64,000 bases of DNA from Bacteroidota bacterium (lineage in GTDB: Bacteria; Bacteroidota; Ignavibacteria; UBA10030). Location of the stretch: assembly GCA_025454835.1 (NCBI GenBank), contig JALONQ010000001.1, positions 392,990 through 456,989 of the forward strand, written 5' to 3'. Under the pieces are notes generated by a model. It ran no database searches. It was not told where the DNA came from and saw nothing but the letters and a program-made list of their open reading frames with translations. This document shows positions 47,400-64,000 of this stretch, piece after piece; the stretch's first letter is position 1; every line of letters starts with the position of its first letter. The position numbers and the translations under genes were made by a program.

Positions 47400-47690
47400 T
47401 TACTCGTTGGTGAAGAGGTCGATCTTGTCGCCCTCATGCAGGGTGACGATGGCCTTCTTCCAGGCCCGCGTCCGTCCTTCGAATCGGCCGCGCTTCGTCA
47501 ACTGCTGCTTCGACTTGGACCGGACCCACATCGTGCGGACCGACGTGACCTTGACCTTAAAGCGCTTGGAGACGGCCTTGCCGATCTCGATCTTGTTGAC
47601 GCCGCCGGAGACCTCGAACGCGTACTGCCGCTTGTCCTGAAGCGCCGTCACCTTCTCCGTGAGGATCGGCCGAATGATGATCTCGGACAT
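47400..47690 (-). CDS. rplW: 50S ribosomal protein L23
   Basis: PILTEK, NKIEI, WKKAIVTL. Confidence 0.96.
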   Translation of the reverse strand: MSEIIIRPILTEKVTALQDKRQYAFEVSGGVNKIEIGKAVSKRFKVKVTSVRTMWVRSKSKQQLTKRGRFEGRTRAWKKAIVTLHEGDKIDLFTNE

Positions 47691-47698
47691 GATGAACC

Positions 47699-48328
47699 TC
47701 AGTTCTTCAGCGGCTGCTGGAGCGCGTCAACCGCGCTCTTCTGGATCAGCAGCACCTGGTGATTCACGATATCGTAGGTCGACGCCTTGTCGGCGGCGTT
47801 GATCTCGAGCCGGGGGATGTTCCGTCCGGACTTATAGAGCGATACGTCGGTCGCCTTCGTCAGCAGCAGGGTCTTCTTGCCGTTCAGCGACAGGGCCTTC
47901 AGGAGCGCGGAGACCTGCTTCGTCTTCGGCGCATCGAAACTGAAATCCTCAACGACGACGATCGCCTTGTCCTTCGCTTTGTAGCTGAGGGCCGAACGCC
48001 GGGCGAGCTTCTTCATCTTCGCTGTCAGCTTCACGACGTAGTCATGCGGCATCGGTCCGAAGATGGATCCGCCGCCGGGCATGAGCGGTGACCGCGACGT
48101 GCCCTGACGGGCCTGGCCGGTCTTCTTCTGCTTGAACGGCTTCCGGCCGCCGCCGCGAACCTCGTTCCGGGGCTTTACCTTGTGCGTACCCTGGCGCTGG
48201 TTGGCCATCGTGCTCCGCACCATCATATAGATGGCATGGTCGTTCGGCTCGATCTCGAACACGGCCGGGTCCAGGGTCACCATCTCCCCGGTCGGCTTTC
48301 CGTCGGTCTTGTATACTTCGAGTTGCAT
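47699..48328 (-). CDS. rplD: 50S ribosomal protein L4
   Basis: RQGTHKVK, GGGRKP.KQKKTG.ARQG, GGG.IFGP. Confidence 0.97.
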   Translation of the reverse strand: MQLEVYKTDGKPTGEMVTLDPAVFEIEPNDHAIYMMVRSTMANQRQGTHKVKPRNEVRGGGRKPFKQKKTGQARQGTSRSPLMPGGGSIFGPMPHDYVVKLTAKMKKLARRSALSYKAKDKAIVVVEDFSFDAPKTKQVSALLKALSLNGKKTLLLTKATDVSLYKSGRNIPRLEINAADKASTYDIVNHQVLLIQKSAVDALQQPLKN

Positions 48329-48345
48329 CGCGTTCCTCGCCGGGC

Positions 48346-48972
48346 TCAGTTGCTTTTCACGACCTCGACGTACCCGTTGATAGCGCCGGGGATCGAGCCC
48401 TTGATGATCAGAATGTTGGATTCGGGGATGACCCGAAGGATCTGCAGGTTCCGGACCGTTACCTGGTCGTGGCCCATGCGTCCCGCCATGCGCATGCCCT
48501 TGAAGACACGCGACGGATAGGATGAGGCGCCGATCGATCCGGGGGCCCTCACGCGGTCCGACTGACCGTGGGTCGTGTGCCCGACGCCGCCGAAATGGTG
48601 ACGCTTGACGACGCCCTGGAAGCCGCGACCCTTCGAACGGCCGCGCACGTCCACGACGTCGCCCTGCGCGAAGATGTCGACGCGAACCTCAGCGCCGAGC
48701 TCGGTCGGAAATCCGTTCACTTCGCGAAATTCGCGAAGCCAGCGGAGCGCCTTCGACTTCGCACGGGCGAACTGACCTTTCATCGGCTTCGAGACGAGCC
48801 GCTCCGGCTTCTCATCGAAACCAAGCTGCACGGCATCGTAGCCGTCCTTGTTCTTCGTTTTAACGTGCGTGACGAAGCACGGTCCTGCTTCAATGATCGT
48901 GCAGGGAATCGCTTCCCCGTTCTCACTGAAGATGCTCGTCATGCCAAGCTTTTTGCCGAGAATGCCGCTCAC
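48346..48972 (-). CDS. rplC: 50S ribosomal protein L3
   Basis: GKKLGMT, DGYDAVQ, KGRGFQG, RAPGSIG. Confidence 0.98.
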   Translation of the reverse strand: MSGILGKKLGMTSIFSENGEAIPCTIIEAGPCFVTHVKTKNKDGYDAVQLGFDEKPERLVSKPMKGQFARAKSKALRWLREFREVNGFPTELGAEVRVDIFAQGDVVDVRGRSKGRGFQGVVKRHHFGGVGHTTHGQSDRVRAPGSIGASSYPSRVFKGMRMAGRMGHDQVTVRNLQILRVIPESNILIIKGSIPGAINGYVEVVKSN

Positions 48973-49047
48973 GGATAGGTTCCTTTCACTGCCCGTCGGT
49001 CCTTGTGCCGCCGGGACGGTTCATCGTCCTCAGGTGACCGACGCTGT

Positions 49048-49356
49048 TCAGACCTTGATCTCCACATCGACGCCGGCGGGCAGCTCCAGCTTCATCAGGG
49101 AGTCGACCGTCTTGCTCGTCGAGTTGAGGATGTCGATGAGACGCTTGTGCGACCGCGTCTCGAACTGCTCCCGCGACTTCTTGTCGACGTGCGGCGAGCG
49201 GTTGACCGTGTACACGCTGCGTTTTGTCGGCAGCGGGATCGGGCCGGAAACGATGGCGCCGGTCTGCCTCACGGTCTTGATGATCTTCTCCGCCGACTTG
49301 TCGATCAAGTTGTGATCGAAGGACTTCAGTTTGATCCGGATCTTCTGGCCTGCCAC
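49048..49356 (-). CDS. rpsJ: 30S ribosomal protein S10
   Basis: [30 protein letters not shown]. Confidence 0.98.
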   Translation of the reverse strand: MAGQKIRIKLKSFDHNLIDKSAEKIIKTVRQTGAIVSGPIPLPTKRSVYTVNRSPHVDKKSREQFETRSHKRLIDILNSTSKTVDSLMKLELPAGVDVEIKV

Positions 49357-49429
49357 GGTACGTCCTCGTGTGGTTGAGACGCCCCGCCGGCCTCGGCAAC
49401 GTCAAGGCCGGCGGGAACGACTGCGATGA

Positions 49430-50641
49430 TTAGGCGATGATCTTTGACACGACGCCGGCGCCCACCGTACGACCGCCCTCGCGGATGGCGAAGCGGAGAC
49501 CTTCCTCCATGGCGATCGGCGAAATGAGCTCGATGTTGACGGCATCAAGGTTGTCGCCGGGCATGACCATTTCCACGCCCGCGGGCAGTTCCAACACGCC
49601 CGTCACGTCCGTCGTACGGAAATAGAACTGCGGACGATAGCCGGTCAGGAACGGCGTGTGACGGCCGCCCTCTTCCTTCTTAAGCACGTAGACCTGTGCC
49701 GTGTACTTCGTGTGCGGCGTGATCGAACCGGGCTTCGCGATGACCTGGCCGCGCTCCAGTTCCGTCTTCTCAACGCCACGGAGGAGCAGACCGGCGTTGT
49801 CGCCCGCCACCACTTCGTCGAGCTCCTTTCGGAACATTTCGGCGCCGGTGATGACCGTCTTCTTGTGAGCGCCCAGACCGATCACCTCGACTTCGTCGCC
49901 GACCTTCGCGCGTCCGCGCTCGACGCGACCCGTACCGACCGTACCGCGGCCGGTGATCGAGAACACGTCTTCGACGGGCATCAGGAACGGCTTCTCGACG
50001 TCGCGCACCGGGAGCGGAATGTAGGCATCCACCGCCGCCATGAGCTCTTCGATCGACTTGAACGCCGGATCATCGCCCTTCACGTCGGGACGCAGCGCCG
50101 CTTCCATGGCCTTCAAGGCTGAGCCGCGGATGATGGGGATCTCGTCGCCGGGGAACTCGTACTTCTTCAGCAGGTCGCGAACCTCAAGCTCGACCAGGTC
50201 GAGCAGCTCCGGATCGTCGACCGCATCGCACTTGTTCATGAACACCACGATCTTCGGCACGTTCACCTGACGGGCAAGCAGGATGTGCTCGCGCGTCTGG
50301 GGCATCGGACCGTCGGTCGCAGCAACGACGACGATCGCGCCGTCCATCTGGGCGGCACCCGTGATCATGTTCTTCACGTAATCGGCGTGGCCCGGGCAGT
50401 CGACGTGCGCATAGTGGCGGTTCTGCGTCGAGTACTCGACGTGAGCCGTGTTGATCGTGATGCCGCGCGCCTTCTCCTCAGGAGCGTTGTCGATCGAGTC
50501 GAACGTACGCACCTGCGACAGACCCTTCTTGGCCAGCACCATCGTGATGGCGGCCGTCAGCGTCGTCTTGCCGTGGTCAACGTGGCCGATGGTGCCGATG
50601 TTGACGTGCGGCTTGCTTCGGTCGAATTTTTCCTTTGCCAT
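49430..50641 (-). CDS. tuf: Elongation factor Tu
   Basis: [34 protein letters not shown]. Confidence 0.99.
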   Translation of the reverse strand: MAKEKFDRSKPHVNIGTIGHVDHGKTTLTAAITMVLAKKGLSQVRTFDSIDNAPEEKARGITINTAHVEYSTQNRHYAHVDCPGHADYVKNMITGAAQMDGAIVVVAATDGPMPQTREHILLARQVNVPKIVVFMNKCDAVDDPELLDLVELEVRDLLKKYEFPGDEIPIIRGSALKAMEAALRPDVKGDDPAFKSIEELMAAVDAYIPLPVRDVEKPFLMPVEDVFSITGRGTVGTGRVERGRAKVGDEVEVIGLGAHKKTVITGAEMFRKELDEVVAGDNAGLLLRGVEKTELERGQVIAKPGSITPHTKYTAQVYVLKKEEGGRHTPFLTGYRPQFYFRTTDVTGVLELPAGVEMVMPGDNLDAVNIELISPIAMEEGLRFAIREGGRTVGAGVVSKIIA

Positions 50642-50690
50642 ACAGGGTTCTCCTTAGAGTTGATCAGATTCTGGTGTCGTTCACGTTCGA

Positions 50691-52793
<2,103 letters not shown>

Positions 52794-52877
52794 ACGACTC
52801 CGATACAGGACACCTCACCCCGGTCGGGCGGGCGTCGCCTGCGTCACTGGATCCTACGATGCACAACCGGGTTCCGC

Positions 52878-53348
52878 TTACCAGCGGAAATGCGCAAAAG
52901 CTTTGTTCGCTTCGGCCATGCGATGGACGTCATCCTTCTTCTTGATAGCGCCACCGTCCCCCGCGGATGCCGCGAGGAGTTCTGCCGCGAGCTTCTGCGA
53001 CATCGACTTCCCTTCCGAGCGTTCTTTGGCGTTGCTGATCAGCCATCGGATAGCAAGAGCGGTTCGCCGCTCGGGGCGAACTTCTGTTGGAACCTGATAG
53101 GTGGCGCCGCCCACACGTCGGGCACGCACCTCAATGAGGGGCGAAGCGTTCTCGACTGCCTTACGGAAGACATCGACCGGATTCTTCTCGGTCTTGGTGC
53201 CGATCGTGGCCAGAGCGTCGTACATGATGCCCCGGGCGGTGGCCTTCTTGCCGTCCTTGAGAATGTTGTTGATGAAACGCGCGACCATGATGTCGTTAAA
53301 CTTCGGGTCGGGCGCGATACGGCGTCGGGTAGAGCGTTTCTTTCTCAT
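52878..53348 (-). CDS. rpsG: 30S ribosomal protein S7
   Basis: RVGGATYQVP, MAEANKAFAHFRW. Confidence 0.98.
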   Translation of the reverse strand: MRKKRSTRRRIAPDPKFNDIMVARFINNILKDGKKATARGIMYDALATIGTKTEKNPVDVFRKAVENASPLIEVRARRVGGATYQVPTEVRPERRTALAIRWLISNAKERSEGKSMSQKLAAELLAASAGDGGAIKKKDDVHRMAEANKAFAHFRW

Positions 53349-53354
53349 AGCCGG

Positions 53355-53726
53355 TTACTTGGGCCTCTTGGCACCGTACTTGGAGCGGGCCTGTTTGCGG
53401 TCCTGCACCCCCTGCGTATCGAGCGTGCCACGGACGATATGGTAGCGAACGCCGGGAAGATCCTTCACGCGACCGCCGCGGATCATGACGATCGAGTGTT
53501 CCTGCAGGTTATGGCCTTCGCCCGGAATGTACGCCGTCACCTCGATCTGGTTCGACAGACGCACTCGGGCCACTTTCCGGAGGGCCGAGTTCGGCTTCTT
53601 CGGGGTGGTCGTATACACGCGCGTGCAGACCCCGCGCTTCAGGGGGCTTCCCTGCAGGGCCGGGGATTTGCTCTTGTAGGCCGTAACCTCGCGGCCTTTG
53701 CGAACCAGCTGGTTGATCGTCGGCAA
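53355..53726 (-). CDS. rpsL: 30S ribosomal protein S12
   Basis: [34 protein letters not shown] start. Confidence 0.98.
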   Translation of the reverse strand: MPTINQLVRKGREVTAYKSKSPALQGSPLKRGVCTRVYTTTPKKPNSALRKVARVRLSNQIEVTAYIPGEGHNLQEHSIVMIRGGRVKDLPGVRYHIVRGTLDTQGVQDRKQARSKYGAKRPK

Positions 53727-53767
53727 CGCTTGGCGCTCCAGATAGGTGCGTTGAAAAATAGCCTTTT

Positions 53768-53796
53768 AAGATACGATATTAATTTGTTTCTGTCAA
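53768..53796 (-). promoter_or_regulatory. Sigma70-type promoter of the str operon
   Basis: TTGACA (53796-53791), 17-bp AT-rich spacer, TATCTT (53773-53768). Confidence 0.75.
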
Positions 53797-53812
53797 TAGC
53801 CCCTGCCCACTA

Positions 53813-58117
<4,305 letters not shown>

Positions 58118-58171
58118 GGATGCCTCCGAGTCTCTCGATGATGGTGTCCTTCACGCGGGGTCGATACACGG

Positions 58172-61948
<3,777 letters not shown>

Positions 61949-62111
61949 CGTATCCTCTCTTTCGGGGAACGTGATCGCGGGGCGAGTGCCCCCTGAATAT
62001 GGGGAGAGCCGATGGTCCGGGACCCCCCCGTTTTGCGAGGGAGCGACGGAACCATCGGCTCACCGCCTGTGGACGTGCGACTCCGAGCGTGTTTCCGGAG
62101 TCGCGGTCGAG

Positions 62112-62495
62112 TTACTTCAGCTCGACCTTGGCGCCGGCCTCTTCGAGTTCCTTCTTCAGCTTCTCGGCTTCGTCCTTGTTCAGACCTTCCTTGACGACCT
62201 TCGGTGCGCCGTCGACCAGGTCCTTCGCCTCTTTAAGGCCCAGACCCGTGGCCGCGCGGACGACCTTGATGACGTTGATCTTCTGCGCTCCGCTTTCCTT
62301 GAGCTCGACGGAGAACTCCGTCTTCTCTTCAACGGCGGGTGCGGCCGCGGCACCGGCGGCCGGCATCATGGCGCCCATCATCATCGGGGCGGCGGCGGTG
62401 ACGCCGAACTTGTCTTCGAGGGCCTTCTTCAGCTCAACGGCCTCGAGCAGGGTCAGCTTTTCGATCTTTTCGACGATCTCGGCAACTGCAGACAT
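62112..62495 (-). CDS. rplL: 50S ribosomal protein L7/L12
   Basis: [22 protein letters not shown]. Confidence 0.98.
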   Translation of the reverse strand: MSAVAEIVEKIEKLTLLEAVELKKALEDKFGVTAAAPMMMGAMMPAAGAAAAPAVEEKTEFSVELKESGAQKINVIKVVRAATGLGLKEAKDLVDGAPKVVKEGLNKDEAEKLKKELEEAGAKVELK

Positions 62496-62541
62496 GGTGT
62501 TTCTCCTGTGAATAGATAATGTCGTTGGAATGATGCGGAAC

Positions 62542-63066
62542 TCAGGCGGCCTTCTTCTTCTCGGCGATCTGGTCGATGACGCTCACCAGGTCTCGAGCGA
62601 CGGCGTTGACCGCGCCCACGACGCCCTGGATCGGCGCCTGCAGACTGCCAACGACGCTCGCCATGAGGTCCTTGCGCGAAGGGATCTGCGCCAGCTGATC
62701 GATGGCCTTGCCGTCGTACACGACCTTCTCGAGCACGGCTGCCTTCAGCTTCAGCTTGCCCGCTTTCTCACTGAACTTCTTGATGATCTTCGCCGGAGCG
62801 GCGATATCCTCTCCGCAGAACGCCACACCGGTCGGTCCGATGAGGTAGTCATACACCTTGTCGTAGCCGGTGACGCGCTCCAGGGCCTTACGGATGAGCG
62901 TGTTCTTGACGACGGTATATTGCACACCCACCTTCCGGAACTCGCGGCGCAGTTCAGTCTCATCTGCGACCGTGAGTCCGGAGAAGTCGGCGAAGTACAT
63001 CGCCGTCGTCGCCGAGACCCGCTCGACCATCTCGTCGATGATCGCGTCTTTCTCGCTGCGTTTCAT
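62542..63066 (-). CDS. rplJ: 50S ribosomal protein L10
   Basis: MKRSEK, DFSGLTV, VVKNTL, GPTG; GAGGA SD before ATG 63066. Confidence 0.96.
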   Translation of the reverse strand: MKRSEKDAIIDEMVERVSATTAMYFADFSGLTVADETELRREFRKVGVQYTVVKNTLIRKALERVTGYDKVYDYLIGPTGVAFCGEDIAAPAKIIKKFSEKAGKLKLKAAVLEKVVYDGKAIDQLAQIPSRKDLMASVVGSLQAPIQGVVGAVNAVARDLVSVIDQIAEKKKAA

Positions 63067-63084
63067 ATGGTCCTCTGTGATGCT

Positions 63085-63160
63085 GGTGCGACCCGGAGAA
63101 GCGAGCCTGTCCGCCACCCCGTCAAGGATTTCCGGCGGTGTCAGGGGACCGGGTCAGAAG
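63085..63160 (-). promoter_or_regulatory. Possible L10 leader (rplJL autoregulatory RNA)
   Basis: Nested stems GACCCGG...CCTGAC-ACCGCC...GGCGG-ACAGG...CCGGGTC directly upstream of rplJ; position fits, but consensus match is only loose. Confidence 0.4.
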
Positions 63161-63295
63161 CGGTGAAGAGTGCGTAAATTCGTTGGGGTTTCACGCGGCG
63201 ACCGCGACGGAAGCAGTGATCGCTGCGAAACAGGGTACATCTTCAAGCGCTGCAAACGCAGCCACCGCTGCGACCGCTGCGCGCAACTGATCTCC

Positions 63296-63994
63296 TCAGT
63301 GGACGCCCGCGGCGGCGCGGTCGATGTGCACGCCCGGGCCCATCGTCGTCGACAGCGCGATGCTCTTGACGTAGACGCCCTTGGCTGTCGAAGGCTTCAG
63401 GCGGGTGATCGTCGCGAGGAACGCGTTGACGTTGTCAACAAGCTTCGCGGCTTCGAAGTTCGCCTTTCCGACAGTGGCATGGACGATGCCCGCCTTGTCG
63501 ACGCGGAATTCGATCTTTCCAGCTTTGATCTCCTTCACGGCCGTGCTGACGTCCAACGTCACCGTCCCGCTCTTCGGGTTCGGCATCAGCCCGCGGGGAC
63601 CGAGGATCTTGCCCATCTTGCCCAGGTCGCCCATCACGTCCGGCGTCGCGATGATCACGTCGACGTCCGCCCATCCGCCCTGGATCTTCTCGAGGTAGTC
63701 CTTGTAGCCGACGTGGTCGGCTCCGGCGGCCTTGGCCTCTTCGTCCTTCGGCGGCTTCGCGATGACGAGCACGCGCACCTGCTTGCCGATGCCATGCGGA
63801 AGCGCGACGGTGCCGCGGAGGGCCTGGTCGGCCTTGCGCGGATCGACGCCCAGACGGACGGCGATGTCGACGGCTTCTGAGAACTTGGCCGTGGCCGACT
63901 GCTTCACGAGCGTGACGGCTTCGGCAATCGAGTATTCTTTGCGGACGACGACCTGTTTCGCCGCCGCGTTGAACCGCTTGCTGTGCTTCTTCAT
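63296..63994 (-). CDS. rplA: 50S ribosomal protein L1
   Basis: [34 protein letters not shown]. Confidence 0.98.
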   Translation of the reverse strand: MKKHSKRFNAAAKQVVVRKEYSIAEAVTLVKQSATAKFSEAVDIAVRLGVDPRKADQALRGTVALPHGIGKQVRVLVIAKPPKDEEAKAAGADHVGYKDYLEKIQGGWADVDVIIATPDVMGDLGKMGKILGPRGLMPNPKSGTVTLDVSTAVKEIKAGKIEFRVDKAGIVHATVGKANFEAAKLVDNVNAFLATITRLKPSTAKGVYVKSIALSTTMGPGVHIDRAAAGVH

Positions 63995-64000
63995 GTTCGT

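Noticed and set aside
53630..53660. S12 has SPLKRG instead of the usual PQKRG
   Set aside because: Single substitution away from the intact streptomycin-related lysines; no basis for a functional claim
62006..62104. Two hairpins between rplL and rpoB, and a similar one between tuf and rpsJ (49383-49415)
   Set aside because: Structured spacers at these positions are ordinary (attenuation/processing); no U-tract or novel motif

Overview
GC-rich bacterial chromosome segment in which every credible gene is on the minus strand. The right half (about 33.5-64 kb) is core housekeeping: rplA-rplJ-rplL-rpoB-rpoC, the str operon (rpsL-rpsG-fusA-tuf), the S10/spc/alpha ribosomal protein clusters (secY-map-infA, no adk) and engB. 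The left half holds, in transcription order: a class V aminotransferase plus serA; a TonB-dependent receptor / large T9SS-CTD-like protein / PorV-like barrel triad behind a clear sigma70 promoter with an upstream palindrome; a degenerate PIG-L protein, a GWxTD protein, an NHL protein, ssb and ggt; a cobalamin riboswitch ahead of btuB, a btuG-like gene and a DUF6580-like membrane protein; and an unusual array of three different glutamate dehydrogenases interleaved with two ~1000-aa receiver-domain / PPDK-type ATP-grasp / phospho-His-like proteins and a Zn-ribbon microprotein. Gene content plus E. coli-like SD and TTGACA promoter signals suggests an FCB-group, Ignavibacteria/Chlorobi-like organism (inference). 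The best candidates for an undescribed system are the GDH-linked REC-dikinase-fold proteins (a possible non-canonical His-Asp signalling or GDH-modifying system) and the TBDR-CTD-PorV module. No rRNA, tRNA, CRISPR array or mobile element was recognised. All family assignments come from motif recognition by eye; no database searches were run.
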